This document shows, piece after piece, positions 13,001 through 24,300 of a stretch of DNA of 64,000 nucleotides. This DNA comes from Azolla caroliniana. Lineage: Eukaryota > Plantae > Polypodiophyta. A model generated the notes under the pieces. That model was not told where the DNA came from and did no database searches. It saw nothing but the letters and a program-made list of their open reading frames with translations. Numbering within the stretch: position 1 is the stretch's first letter; every line of letters starts with the position of its first letter. Position numbers and translations under genes: made by a program. The DNA lies in the NCBI GenBank assembly GCA_043228905.1, contig JBHGNT010000011.1, positions 6,200,001-6,264,000 of the forward strand. The letters run 5' to 3'.

Positions 13001-13556
13001 AAAGATGCCACATGGGAACGCGAAACGACTCTAAGAACTAACTTCCCTAACTTTCCATTGCAAGAGTGCAATGTTTTAAAGAGGGGGAGTATGTTACGGG
13101 CATGACCATATAATATCCCGTGGTGAGAATTGTCGTAGTATTCTATACACGTGGATAAGTGTGAGGGTTAAACAAAGAGTCTAAAGAAGGGGAGGATTAC
13201 TTTTAATCCTCGGGATTGAGACAACCCATGAGGCCAAGTGTGAACATGGCTGGGGGCCTTGAGAATTACTATAAATAAGAGGCCTAGCTACCCTCATTTG
13301 GGCATGCATTGACTACGTCGAGACTCTGTCCGTGAGTGGAACGACTCTTGTAGCAAGCGCGCTATCGTCCAGGTACGACTCGACGCCAAGGCGGTGGTAT
13401 GGGACGCCGATCGAGGCTCGAGTCCGTCTCGATCCCTTCGCTCGGGGGTGGTCGGGTGGATCGGCACCCTTCTTTCTCTCTTTTCTCTCTATTCTTTCTA
13501 GATCTATCATTGATATATCCTTATTTTATGCTTACTTTAGTACCTAATCTCTAATA
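10009..13556 (+). repeat. Inverted duplication of 2049-5596 (3548 bp)
   Basis: Reverse-complement match (paired coordinates sum to 15605); a few SNPs in the INT/LTR part, none noticed in 10009-11359. Confidence 0.95.
11355..13105 (+). pseudogene. Inverted copy of G2 RNaseH-integrase-chromodomain with two nonsense codons
   Basis: Same protein as 2500-4246 but TGA at 12212 and TAG at 12380. Confidence 0.9.
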
Positions 13557-13566
13557 TTTGGTATCA
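13092..13566 (+). repeat. Inverted G2 LTR, preceded by PPT and followed by PBS fragment TGGTATCA
   Basis: GAGGGGGAGTA|TGTTACGGG...CTCTAATA|TTTGGTATCA. Confidence 0.9.
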
Positions 13567-13574
13567 TTGATATA

Positions 13575-13679
13575 TCCTCCCCTTCTTTAGACTCTTTGTT
13601 TAACCCTCACACTTATCCACGTGTATAGAATACTACGACAATTCTCACCACGGGATATTATATGGTCATGCCCGTAACA
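13575..13679 (-). repeat. Remnant (~105 bp) of G2 5' LTR next to the TSD
   Basis: Identical to about 2409-2513; followed by CGTTG. Confidence 0.9.
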
Positions 13680-14930
13680 CGTTGGAATGACTTCTTCTAT
13701 AGAAGTCGACAAAACCGGTTCCCTACGCACCGGTTTCGGTTCCTCCCTTGTGGTTTGCTCAGGTTGAGTTGGGGGCGTTTCTGCCTCTCGCGGGAACGAC
13801 CGCTCCCCTCCTGTCTCGGCGGTCCTACTTCTTGACCGTCGTTGGAGGTGCTCTTCTGGCTCCTCCGTTTCCTCTTCCTGTGTAACGGCCTGTTTCTGTG
13901 CCGCCAAGGGTTCCGGTTCCTTCTGTCCCGGTCGCCGTATGGTTATCTTAACTGGTCGGACCGGTGACACCTCCTCCGGTTCTGTGACCCGTTTCTTCCC
14001 TTTCGTCACCTTCGACGCCAGCAGCTGCTGTCGTTTGGACGCCGACTTCGAGGTGCTTCCTTCCGATACTCTTGGCCGCTTCTTTGGCTGAACGGTCTCG
14101 ACCGGCGGCACCAGCAATGTTATCCACTGAGCTACGGGTTGCCACAGCTTCCGGCCCTCCTTGCCGTCCTTTCCTCGTACCATGTCGATTGCCACGCACA
14201 AACCGTCTGCAATCAACACCGGCCAATCCACCTTGGTCCCTTCATAGGTGGCTATGATCATCCCTGCCCGATTTTTTGGCATGACAGGGGGTCGGGGGTA
14301 CACGTGGCCGTACTCGTGGAGCACTCGAGCTATCTCCCTGAATAGCGGATCTTCGCCGCCCTACGTTCGATAGCCTTTGCCGGCAACAGAGTACTCACCG
14401 AAATATCGGATGAGTTGCTCCGAGGTTGGGTTATCGATCTGAAAGATACCTCCCTCCGGAAGGCCTGTTAGCGCACGGATCGCTTCCTCGGTGATGACTT
14501 CTGTGTCGAGCTCCTTGATGACCCGGTCGGCTTCTCTGTGCGGTGGTGCCTCCATGATGGCCAAGAACCCCTCCAGTCCGTGTTGCCTGAACCATTTCCT
14601 GGCCGCTTCCGACAGCGTTTGTGGTTCCATGTCTGCTTCGAGGTCGAGGAAAGATGGCGAGGTAGAGTGGTGATGAGAGTGAGAGCGAGAGAGAGAGCGT
14701 TCTGAACGCGGGGGTTCTCTGAGTGCAGGTTCGCGTCTGCTAAGCTTCCACTGCCTTGGTGCTTCTGTGCTTCTTGGCTTGCGAAAAAAGAAGGTCTCCA
14801 TGCGCTCTTCTTTTTCTCTGTGCGTCTTGGCGCCTTTTTCGAGCATGCGCACGTCGTGTACCGATTTAGTATTAAGTAACGTGGCGGCTCTTAAATGCCC
14901 ACTACGTACCTTTTCGCTCCTTGCTTTCAC
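13680..14930 (-). pseudogene. G1 extra ORF, N-terminal part (putative plant-transposon domain ending KVDWPVLIAD, then P/E-rich linker); one in-frame stop
   Basis: ORFs 14361-14930 and 13587-14324 share a frame, separated by TAG at 14361-14363. Confidence 0.8.
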
Positions 14931-15038
14931 ACCCGTTCATACCTCGATTTTTTATGATTTTTTTTTTTTTTTTTTTTTTATGATTTTTTTTATTTTATTT
15001 TATTTTTATTTTTATTTTTTAAATGACGGTGTGTGACC

Positions 15039-18000
15039 TTACACATCCGTAGGTCCCTTCGGACCCTTACCGTTTTCCTTACGGGTTGCCGTGTCTTCCT
15101 TCGCCTCTGCTACGGGTTCCCCGTCGTCTTTTTCTTCCATCCGTACCGTTCCCGGTATAGTGCCGGTGAGCTGCATAAACGGGTTCTTTGGCATCGGTCC
15201 TTTATAGGGCTTTAGTCTAAATCCGTTTACCCACTTGCCTAGTACTTCACCGGCAAGTGTCCCTATCTGATAGGACCCGTTGTATTCCCGTGTCAGCCAA
15301 TACGGGCCTGTCCATCTAAACCGGAGTTTACCCGGCATTTTGCCCATCCTCGTTTGGAATACTAGAACCGGCTTTCCGATTTCGAACATCTTTTCGTTAC
15401 CTTTCCGGTGACAGTCAACGAACGCTTTCCGTCGTCGTTGCTCCAGTTCCAGGTGTAGGATGCTGGCCAGCCGTTGCTCCTCCAGTTCGCATAGTGCTGC
15501 TAGCCGCATTTCCTCCGACATCTTTTCATTCAGCCGTTCCCGTAGTTGGATCCGTAAGCTTGGTACCTGAAATTCCACCGGCATGACCGCTTCTAAGCCG
15601 AATGCTAACCGGAATGGCGTTGTCTGGATACTTGTCTTGTATGCCGTTCGGTACGCCCATAGCGCGCTATGGAGCTTTGTATCCCAGTCCGTCCGGTTTT
15701 CATTGACGATTTTGCGGAGAATGTTCTGCAGCGTTTTGTTGGTGGACTCTGCTAACCCGTTCGCTTGTGGGTAGTACGGTGTGCTCCGTTTATGAACCAC
15801 GGCATAGAACGTTGTTAAGCTTTCCACTACCTGGCCGAGGAAGTGCCCTCCTTGGTCGCTGATTAATTCAATCGGGCATCCATATCGGCACCAAATGTTT
15901 TCGTACAGGAATTTTGCTGTGGAAGACGCGGTATTGTCTCTCAAGGCCTTAGCTTCCACCCATTTAGTGCAATAATCCGTTGCCACGATGACATAACGAT
16001 TACCCGTTCTCATTGCCGGTGGCTTGAACGGTCCGACAAAATCCAACCCCCACTTCTGAAATGGCTCTAGTGGAAGTACCGGTTGGTGTGGCATCCGTGC
16101 TTGCTCCGTAGGCTGGCCCATTCGTTGGCATAGGTCACATTCCTTAGCGTACTTGACGGCGTCTTTTAACGTCGTGGGCCACCATAAGCCGCTCTGCCAT
16201 ACTTTCCTTGCCGTCGCTTCCCCGGCATAGTGTCCTCCGGCAACCCCACAGTGTGCTTCCCGTAAGATTACTTCTTTCTCGTCACTACGGACTGCCCGTC
16301 TCCATATTCCATCTGCTCCTTTGTGGTAGAGAGTGTCCCGTAACAGACAGAAATTGCGGCTCTGCACCGCCAGTCGTTTCCTCTCGTCCCGGTTCATTTC
16401 CTCTGGTGGCAGGCCCGTGCTTAGGAACTGGTGCATGTTTGTCAGCCACCTATCTTCTGATGCCACCGTGTCGTCCGCTGCCGTTTCCGGGGTGATACGG
16501 AATAACTCTGCGTCCGGGAATTCATCCGCTACTCCGTCGCCTGATTCTCCGGACTCTAACCGGCTCAGATAGTCTGCTACGGCATGCTGGATACCGGGCC
16601 GGTGGAAAATCTCGAATTCGAACTCCTGCAACAGCAAGGTCCAACGGGCCAACTTACCGGTCAGGGACGCCTTGGACACTAAGTACAGGAGCGCCGAGTG
16701 ATCCACATGAAAGGAGAACTTCCTTCCCAATAGGTAATGACGAAACTTTGTTACACTGTAGATCATGCCCAGGGCCTCCCGTTCCGTCGTTGAATAGTTC
16801 TTCTCCGCTTGGGACAGCTTCCGGCTGGCGTAATATACCGGCCGGTACCATTTGGGCTCCGTAAGTTGCATTAAGGCGCTGCCGATAGCGATGTCAGAAG
16901 CGTCAACGAACACATGAAATTCCTTGCTCCAATCCGGAGGCTGGACGACGGGTGCTTGCGACAAAAGTACCTTCAGGGCGTTGTATGCCTTGTCCTCCGT
17001 ATCCGTCCATTGGAACGGTGTCCGGTGTACCGCGGTGTGTAATGGTGTAGCCAAGTCAGCCAAGTGACGGAGCATCCGGCTGTGCCACCGGATCTGTCCT
17101 AAGAATCGGCTTAGTGCTTTGGCCGTTTTCGGTGCCGGTGCCCCTAGTATCGCGTTTACTTTGTCGGGGTCGACCGCAATGCCCTCCTTACTTACAATGT
17201 GTCCCAGCAATATTCCACTTGAAACTCCAAAGATGCATTTTGCTGGGTTTAAGCTTAGCCGGTATAACCTACACTTTTCAAGGCATAACCGTAGGTGCTG
17301 CAAATGGTCTTTTCCCCGGCTATAGACTGCAAAATCATCCAGGAAAACCTGCATGAAGGCAGGAATGTATTCGCCGAAGATCTCCATGATGATTCGCTGG
17401 AAAGTTGCTGGTGCCGTTTTTAGGCCAAACATCATTACTTCGGCCACAAACACCCCCCATTCGGTGACGAACGTTGTCTTCTCCTGGTCGTCAGGGTGCA
17501 TCCGGATTTGATTGTATCCGCTGAACCCGTCTAAAAAACTATAGACTTCATGACCGGCGACGGCATCCAGTACTCCGTCCGTGAACGGAAGAGGGAATGC
17601 ATCCGTAATTGTGGCGGCGTTTAGTTTCCTGTAATCTACACACACGCGGATTTTACCGTTCTTCTTCGGTACGACGACGATGGGGCTCAGCCACGTTGCT
17701 TTCTTTACCGGCCGGATGAAGCCCACTCTTAGGAGTTTGTCGATTTCTTCCTTCACTTTGGCGGCGTAGTTGGGGTTCATTCGGTAACGTCTTTGCGCCA
17801 CTGGTTTCGCGTCCTTGCCTAAGTGGATCTGATGCTGATATAATTGAGGGTCCAGCCCTCGCATGTCTTCGTATGACCAGGTGAATACGTCGCGAAACTC
17901 GGTGAGAAGTTTGATCATCGCCGCTTTATCTTCCGGCTTCATTTCTTTGGCGATGTGTACCGGCTTTGATTCGTCCTTGCTTCCTAGGTTCACTTCGTCG

Positions 18001-20189
18001 AGCTGGGATGCCTTTACCCGTTGGGAAACGGCCATTTCCCGTTCCAACGCTTCCTGTGCTTGCCGTAATTCCCGAATCGCATCTTTGTCTGGTTCGGCTT
18101 CGGTTTCGTCCCGCTGCGGCAAGTATGGCGCTACGGCTTTAGCCACGTCAATCTCGAAGAGTGGTACGATCTTCGGGTGTTCCTCCAAGTACTGGGCTTC
18201 TTCGTCGTCTGCCAACCCTTCAAGCATGTTCACGCATTCCGCATATAGCGGTGTGCATTCCTTACCGTTGCTCGTCCGTGGTTGTGTTGGAACCCGGACC
18301 TTGGCTTTTCCGCGCCGGAAGGTAATCATATTTTTCCGCCAATTTTGCTTGATGTGTGCTGTTTTCAACCATGGTCTGCCCAGCAACAGTGGGTACGCGC
18401 CTTGCGTCTGTAGCTGCAGCACTACAGCCGAGATGTGAAATGTGTGGCCTCCTATGGTGACTTCCAATTTCCGTATTAAGCCCGTCGGCCGTACAGAGCT
18501 CGTATCCGCCATCCGTAGCCAGAACGGACATGGCTCCCATTCATGTATACCCAAGGCATTACACGTGTGGAGGCTTATTACGTTCACCTCGGAACCTCCA
18601 TCGATTACTGTGCCGGGAAGTTCGTGCCCTTTGACAATAGCTGTAATCACCGGACTACTAGTGTCCACCACCGTCGGTCCCTCCTCCGGGTTCGAGAAGA
18701 GGACTGGTGCCGGTGGGGCTATACCGTCTGTCATGCCCGTTTTTAGTCCTTCCGTAAATCGCGGCACGAGCTGCAAGAGTCGTCCTAACGACAACGTGAT
18801 CTGACATTCTTGCAGTGCTTGCCATGTCTCGTTTTCTGGGTGGCTACCGCCGGCACTCCCTATGGTGTTCGCCTTTTGCCGTTCCGCGTCCGCGACGTTC
18901 CTTTCATTGGCTTCCTTCACCCATTCCGTTGCCTGTTTTCGTATGGCCTCTTGTGTTTCCCATTCTTTGGCCATGCCTTTCGACCGTGTGGTTACTTGCT
19001 GTATATCCGCCACTTCCGGAAACACCATATTAACTGCTGGTCGTTTCTCGTAGCTCTTTACCGGGCACTGGTTACTGTAGTGACCTTCCTGCCTGCAGTA
19101 GTAGCAGTACTCTTTACGGGTATTGCTGGATTCAGCATTGCTGGTAGCCGGAGTCGGTCCCGTAGTGAGTGGTGCGTTCTGTGCCGGTTGGCTCCTTGGG
19201 GTTCCCTGTTCCGGGTCCCTAGTGTGACCACCTTTCTTGAAATTACGTTTCTTATTATTCTTATTTTTATTTCGGTAGTCCGGTCGTGGTAGATCGTAAA
19301 ATCGGCCGTAGTCCTCCTGGTGCCTTCGGTAACCCGGGGAATGGTCTCTGTCGTATTGCTCGTGTCGTCTGTTGGGCTCCCGATAACGGTCCGATCGCTT
19401 ATACCGGTCGTAGTTATCATGCCGATTCCCGTACCGGCCATCACTCTCTTGTCTGTCTCCGTACCGGACATCCTGTGCCGGTCGGTACCGGTTCATTCTT
19501 TGCCACCGATCGTCATCTTCGTCTCGGCTGCTTCTTGGCTCGATCCGTCGGACGGGTGGTGCTTGTCGGTTGAACAGGTTATACTCGCACCGGTCCGTTG
19601 TATGACTCTTGGATTGACAAATCACACACTGAGTGCGCATGGTGCACTCTACTGCCGAGTGTCCGGCATTCAAGCAGATTGTGCATTGAATTGCCTGCCG
19701 GAACCGGAGATCTTCCTCGGTGGGTAACGCCCGTTGCAGTGTTCCCAGCGTAAGCCATGAGCTTGTCTTTTCCATTTCTCTGACCCGGTCAATGACCTGG
19801 TCGATGGTGCATCCTCGAAAGTCGATCACCGTACACACCGTGCGTAATGGTTCCCGGAGTGCGTTTAAAAATATCGTCCGTAATTCCTCCTCCGGGGGTG
19901 CACGGGCAAGCTGGCTATGCATTCGTTGGAAACGGATGACGAATTGGGGAATGCTTTCCCCTGCCTCCTGTCGGATCGTATAAAACAGGCCCACCATTGT
20001 CGTCTGGTCGACCTCCTTGTGGAAAAAATGCAAGAATTTTGCTTTTAATTCTGCAAAGGTTGTGATGGTCGCCGGGTCCTGCGTCCGCCGCCATCGTGTC
20101 GCCATCGTGTCCTGACTCCGAATTCCGCTATTTTCGAGCGTTCTTCTTCCTCCGGTGTCATTCGCTGGGACGTGTGATTTGCTTCCCAT
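15039..20189 (-). CDS. G1 Gag-Pol (CCHC knuckles, protease, RT, RNase H, integrase)
   Basis: CYYCRQEGHYSNQC, VIDGGS, FLDGFSGYNQI, FLDDF, VDASD, GLDFVGP, ISDQG, NGLAE, WTGPY; 1716 aa open. Confidence 0.95.
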   Translation of the reverse strand: MGSKSHVPANDTGGRRTLENSGIRSQDTMATRWRRTQDPATITTFAELKAKFLHFFHKEVDQTTMVGLFYTIRQEAGESIPQFVIRFQRMHSQLARAPPEEELRTIFLNALREPLRTVCTVIDFRGCTIDQVIDRVREMEKTSSWLTLGTLQRALPTEEDLRFRQAIQCTICLNAGHSAVECTMRTQCVICQSKSHTTDRCEYNLFNRQAPPVRRIEPRSSRDEDDDRWQRMNRYRPAQDVRYGDRQESDGRYGNRHDNYDRYKRSDRYREPNRRHEQYDRDHSPGYRRHQEDYGRFYDLPRPDYRNKNKNNKKRNFKKGGHTRDPEQGTPRSQPAQNAPLTTGPTPATSNAESSNTRKEYCYYCRQEGHYSNQCPVKSYEKRPAVNMVFPEVADIQQVTTRSKGMAKEWETQEAIRKQATEWVKEANERNVADAERQKANTIGSAGGSHPENETWQALQECQITLSLGRLLQLVPRFTEGLKTGMTDGIAPPAPVLFSNPEEGPTVVDTSSPVITAIVKGHELPGTVIDGGSEVNVISLHTCNALGIHEWEPCPFWLRMADTSSVRPTGLIRKLEVTIGGHTFHISAVVLQLQTQGAYPLLLGRPWLKTAHIKQNWRKNMITFRRGKAKVRVPTQPRTSNGKECTPLYAECVNMLEGLADDEEAQYLEEHPKIVPLFEIDVAKAVAPYLPQRDETEAEPDKDAIRELRQAQEALEREMAVSQRVKASQLDEVNLGSKDESKPVHIAKEMKPEDKAAMIKLLTEFRDVFTWSYEDMRGLDPQLYQHQIHLGKDAKPVAQRRYRMNPNYAAKVKEEIDKLLRVGFIRPVKKATWLSPIVVVPKKNGKIRVCVDYRKLNAATITDAFPLPFTDGVLDAVAGHEVYSFLDGFSGYNQIRMHPDDQEKTTFVTEWGVFVAEVMMFGLKTAPATFQRIIMEIFGEYIPAFMQVFLDDFAVYSRGKDHLQHLRLCLEKCRLYRLSLNPAKCIFGVSSGILLGHIVSKEGIAVDPDKVNAILGAPAPKTAKALSRFLGQIRWHSRMLRHLADLATPLHTAVHRTPFQWTDTEDKAYNALKVLLSQAPVVQPPDWSKEFHVFVDASDIAIGSALMQLTEPKWYRPVYYASRKLSQAEKNYSTTEREALGMIYSVTKFRHYLLGRKFSFHVDHSALLYLVSKASLTGKLARWTLLLQEFEFEIFHRPGIQHAVADYLSRLESGESGDGVADEFPDAELFRITPETAADDTVASEDRWLTNMHQFLSTGLPPEEMNRDERKRLAVQSRNFCLLRDTLYHKGADGIWRRAVRSDEKEVILREAHCGVAGGHYAGEATARKVWQSGLWWPTTLKDAVKYAKECDLCQRMGQPTEQARMPHQPVLPLEPFQKWGLDFVGPFKPPAMRTGNRYVIVATDYCTKWVEAKALRDNTASSTAKFLYENIWCRYGCPIELISDQGGHFLGQVVESLTTFYAVVHKRSTPYYPQANGLAESTNKTLQNILRKIVNENRTDWDTKLHSALWAYRTAYKTSIQTTPFRLAFGLEAVMPVEFQVPSLRIQLRERLNEKMSEEMRLAALCELEEQRLASILHLELEQRRRKAFVDCHRKGNEKMFEIGKPVLVFQTRMGKMPGKLRFRWTGPYWLTREYNGSYQIGTLAGEVLGKWVNGFRLKPYKGPMPKNPFMQLTGTIPGTVRMEEKDDGEPVAEAKEDTATRKENGKGPKGPTDV

Positions 20190-20893
20190 GTCTGCTCGAA
20201 GTCATGAACATGCGCTTCCGCGTCCGGATCATCGCGATATTTTGAGTATTGGAACGGCATGTCGTCGTCCAGTATTAGGCCGCGGTTTAGTGGCGTTTGT
20301 TGATAACTTTCCGGTTTTTTCTCCGGTTCCACTTCCGGTTCTTGTGCCGGTGCTTTTTCCGGTTCTTTTTCCGGTTCCTTCACCGGCTCTCCTTCCGGTA
20401 CCTTTGCCGGCTCTTTCGTTGGTGTTGGTGGCTTTGCTTCTTCCACTTCCGGTGTTGGTGGGTTGACGGCTTCCGTTTGCGGTTCTGGATAGCCCTGGTT
20501 GAGCGGTTCCGGTTCTGGAGTCGGCACGGTATCCGACCCGTCGTCCTCCGGGCCGCCGGGGGTATCGTTGCTGCTCCGGTAGTTCGTGTGCACGCTGTAT
20601 CCCCCTTCGGAATCCGATTCGTAGGCTGAAAAGGCTTCTGCCTCGTTTTCTCCGCTTGACAGTGCCTCCAGGAGGCGTTCGGTTTCCCGGAGACTACTTA
20701 GACTGCTTGCGTCGTCCTGGTCGCGAGTTTGCCGTAACCGGATAGCTTCCTCCGCGACTCTCCGGATCTCGTTGGAGAACGAACGATCCGAGCGAATTTC
20801 CTGCGCTGCTTGCTGGAAAGTCTCACGCCGTCTTTGCCGTTCGGCGAGGCGTCGAGCTCGGTCTGTAACCAAGTCGTGCGTTGGTCTAGTCAT
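20045..20893 (-). CDS. G1 Gag N-terminal part, frameshifted relative to 15039-20189 near 20110-20180
   Basis: ATG just after the PBS; P/E-rich segment then DPDAEAHVHDFEQTW; overlaps the main ORF in another frame. Confidence 0.7.
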   Translation of the reverse strand: MTRPTHDLVTDRARRLAERQRRRETFQQAAQEIRSDRSFSNEIRRVAEEAIRLRQTRDQDDASSLSSLRETERLLEALSSGENEAEAFSAYESDSEGGYSVHTNYRSSNDTPGGPEDDGSDTVPTPEPEPLNQGYPEPQTEAVNPPTPEVEEAKPPTPTKEPAKVPEGEPVKEPEKEPEKAPAQEPEVEPEKKPESYQQTPLNRGLILDDDMPFQYSKYRDDPDAEAHVHDFEQTWEANHTSQRMTPEEEERSKIAEFGVRTRWRHDGGGRRTRRPSQPLQN

Positions 20894-20928
20894 CCATTAC
20901 CGTCGTTCGCTGCGAGAAAGCAGGAATC

Positions 20929-20938
20929 GTGGTCGCCA
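20929..20938 (-). promoter_or_regulatory. G1 primer-binding site TGGCGACCAC (tRNA-Arg(UCG)-type)
   Basis: 4-6 nt after the 5' LTR end; complementary to a ...GTGGTCGCCA tRNA 3' end. Confidence 0.75.
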
Positions 20939-20944
20939 AAACTG

Positions 20945-21363
20945 TGTTATTCTCTGACCGGACAAGGCCTAACACAAGGTGTCACGGAGACACTTCACCA
21001 AAGGGTGATTACGGCATAGGATTAAGATTCAACGATTACACCAACTTACGTAGGTTACACGATTAGAATGCTTTGGTTAATTACACGCGTAAGATATAAC
21101 AGTAATTATAGAACGGAAATCAAGACAGAAGTATAAACATCATAAGCTCTATTAATTATCCGCTGTGATTACAATGGGGTCCAGGCCTTTAAATAGGTTT
21201 CCGGCCCGTAGTACAAAACGGTGCCTCTCGCACCTTTTCGGGATCCGTCCGGATCTGGAACGGCATACCGTTTCCAGTCCGTCCGTCCACACTATGCTCA
21301 TTTACAACTATATTTAATTAATTCCTTCACTCCGTATTTTGGACTCCTTGCCGGCCGGTAACA
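20945..21363 (-). repeat. G1 5' LTR (~419 bp, TGTTA...TAACA)
   Basis: Terminal inverted TGTTA/TAACA; matches 1-242. Confidence 0.92.
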
Positions 21364-24300
21364 GGGAGGTGATGCACATGAAGACAACGGCGTACATACG
21401 GTGCTTCATCGACATGAGCCTGTACAACAACTTCAATGAAGAGAGCAAGGCTCATGAGCTCTGGGAGAAGATCGACATAATGTTTCAGAACAAAAATGCT
21501 ATTAATCAGGTTTCGGTATTCCAGAAGCTAGTAAGACTCCGGTACCAAGATGGCTCCAGCATGGCGGAGCACATGAATGCCTTCCAGGGGCTGATACACC
21601 AGGCAACATCATTGGAAGTACCTCTCGCCGACGAGGTACTAGCGCTACTCCTGCTCGGTTCCCTCCCGGATAGCTGGGAGACGTTGGTTGTCACTTTGGG
21701 CAACGTCGGGCCGGAAGGAAAATGGTTATCCCTAGCAAGAGTAAAGTCGAGCTTGCTAGATGAGGAGGTGCGTCGGAAGGATAAAGATACGAGCTCTGAC
21801 TCCAAAGCGCTCCTTACCGAATCGGAACGCGGAAGACATAGAAACCGTAGTCCCCAAAACCGGGAGAAGTCGGGGACACGGTCAAAGTCAAGGGGGAGGC
21901 CTACTTGCTTCTATTGCGGCAAGCCGGGACACTTCCAAAAGAACTGTCGGCATTTTCGAAAAGACAAGGAAACCGACGGTACCGATTCGAAGCAAACCCC
22001 GGACCGGAACGGTAAAGACCGGAACGGTAAAGACCGGAATGGTAAAGACCGGAGGGGGCCAGACCGGAAGGGAACAACGGCAATCGCGGCAAGTGAAGAA
22101 GAGTTGATGCTCATCACTGAGGAGTGTGAGATAAACCTTGCCGGCGACGAGATGACCTGGGTGGTAGACTCCGGAGCATCGTTCCACCTTACCCCGGACC
22201 GGAAATGCTTCTCATCCTACTCAGCCGGTGACCACGGCTGTGTCCGGATGGGGAATGAAGGTACATGCCGAATTGTCGGCATAGGAGACGTGTGGCTGTC
22301 AACACCAACCGGATGCAAGTTGCTGCTGAGGGATGTCCGACACGTTCCGGAGGTTCGACTGAACCTGATAGGAGCCGGTCGGCTAGATGATGAGGGCTAC
22401 ACGGGTAGCATCCGGAACGGCGTCATGAAGTTCAGCAAAGGGAGCCTGATTGTGGCTCGGGCCCGGAAGGTAAACACACTGTACCTGATGAATGCCCGGT
22501 TATGCCCGGAAGAAGTGAACGTGGCTTCCGACACTGCCGGTGAGCTGTGGCACAAGAGGCTATGTCATATGAGCGAGAAGGGGATGAAGAGGCTTGCAGA
22601 CGACAACCTCATTCCAGTGAAGAACATGCACTTAGAGAAGTGCACTGATTGTCTGGCCGGTAAGCAAAACCGTACCTCCTTCCGACCAAGGCCACCGATG
22701 AGACGTAATGCACCACTGGAGTTGGTGCATACGGATGTGTGTCAAGTAGACACGAAGTCACATGCCGGAAGCTATGGGCCACACCGCTGAAGACGAAGGA
22801 TCAGGTGCTATCCGTCTTCAAAGAGCTCCACGCGAGAGTGGAAAGAGAAACCGGTCGGAAGCTAAAGGCGGTTCGAGCAGATAACGGAGGAGAATACCGG
22901 GGGCAGTTCGAGGAGTACTGCCGCTCGAAGGGAATCCGGCTCGAATTTACCGTGCCGAAGACGCCGGAACTAAACGGACTGGCCGAGAGGATGGACCGGA
23001 CCATAATGGAGAGGGTCCGGAGTATGCTAGCGCATGCAAAACTACCCAAGAAGTTTTGGGCTGAGGCACTGTCGACGGCGACATATGTGATAAATAGATC
23101 ACCCTCAGTACCCTTGGACGGAGACACGCCGCAGAGAGTGTGGACCGGTAAGGTAGTATCCTACCGGCATCTGAAGGTGTTCGGGTGTCTCGCGTACGTG
23201 CATGTAGCCAAGGGCCGGAGAGGAAAGTTAGATCCAAAGACCCGACCATGCATATTCCTCGGTTACGGTGACGATGAGTTCGGCTACCGAGTGTGGGACC
23301 TGGTCGACAAGAAGGTATTCCGGAGTCGAGATATTATCTTCATGGAGGACAAGACGCTCGCCGACTGGGAGTCGGAGAGGAAGATAATGAACTTTGAGTC
23401 GACCGGTAAGGATAGACTCTACAATGAACGGACCCAACCGGCAAGAGACCGGTTAGCACTGGAGGTGCCAACCGGTTACGGTGAGGATATCGAACCGGTA
23501 GAAGAAGAAGTAGAGGAAGCTGAAACCGGAACCGGCCAAGACCCTGAATCAGATTCGGATGAAGAGCAAATAGAGGGGCCGGTTACCGAAGCCCAGAGAC
23601 GGAGATATCCACTAGGAGAGAGAAGGCCCACCCGGAGATTTCCGGATGCAGAGGATGTGCTGCTAACCGATGAGGGGGAGCCGGAAAGCTTCAAAGAAGC
23701 GAAGGATGACACCCACAGCCGAAAATGGTTAAGTGCCATGCAAGACGAGATGGATTCCCTGCATGAGAACCATACGTACGAACTGGTGGAGTTGCCGAAA
23801 GGAAAGCGGGCACTCCGAAACAAGTGGGTGTACAAGTTGAAACCGGGAGATGTCGGCAACCCCCCGAGATACAAACCCAGGATCGTGGTGAAGGGGTTCC
23901 AGCAGAAGAAGGGCGTGGACTTCGATGAGATATTTGCCCCGGTTGTAAAGATGACCTCCATCCGGACGGTGCTGAGTATAGCGGCAAGCATGGACTTTGA
24001 GGTAGAGCAGCTGGACGTGAAGACGACATTCCTTCACGGCGACCTCGAAGAGGAGATCTACATGCAGCAACCAGAGGGATTTGTAGAGAAAGGGAAGGAG
24101 CACCTGGTATGCCGGCTGAAGAAGAGCTTGTACGGACTAAAGCAGGCACCCCGACAATGGTACCGGAAGTTCGACTCCTTCATGACCGATCAAGGGTACC
24201 ACAAGACGCAGGCCGTTCACTGCGTGTTTGTGACGAAGTTTGAAGGAGGCGACTTCCTGATACTCCTTCTGTACGTGGACAACATGTTGATCGTCGGACG

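Larger units (their letters stand above)
2049..13679 (-). mobile_element. G2: chromoviral Ty3/Gypsy, internally rearranged
   Basis: 5-bp TSD CGTTG at 2044-2048 and 13680-13684; gag-pol, chromodomain, LTRs, PPT and iMet PBS fragment present. Confidence 0.93.
1..21363 (-). mobile_element. G1: non-chromoviral Ty3/Gypsy LTR retrotransposon (Athila/Phygy-like) with 3' extra ORF; 3' LTR cut by the window start; inserted in Copia B gag
   Basis: 1-242 is nearly identical to 21122-21363; gag-PR-RT-RH-INT on minus strand with no chromodomain; Copia gag sequence resumes at 21364 (compare 58314). Confidence 0.93.

Noticed and set aside
20045-20189. Programmed frameshift inside G1 gag
   Set aside because: No clear slippery site and only one copy to compare; a mutational indel is more likely.
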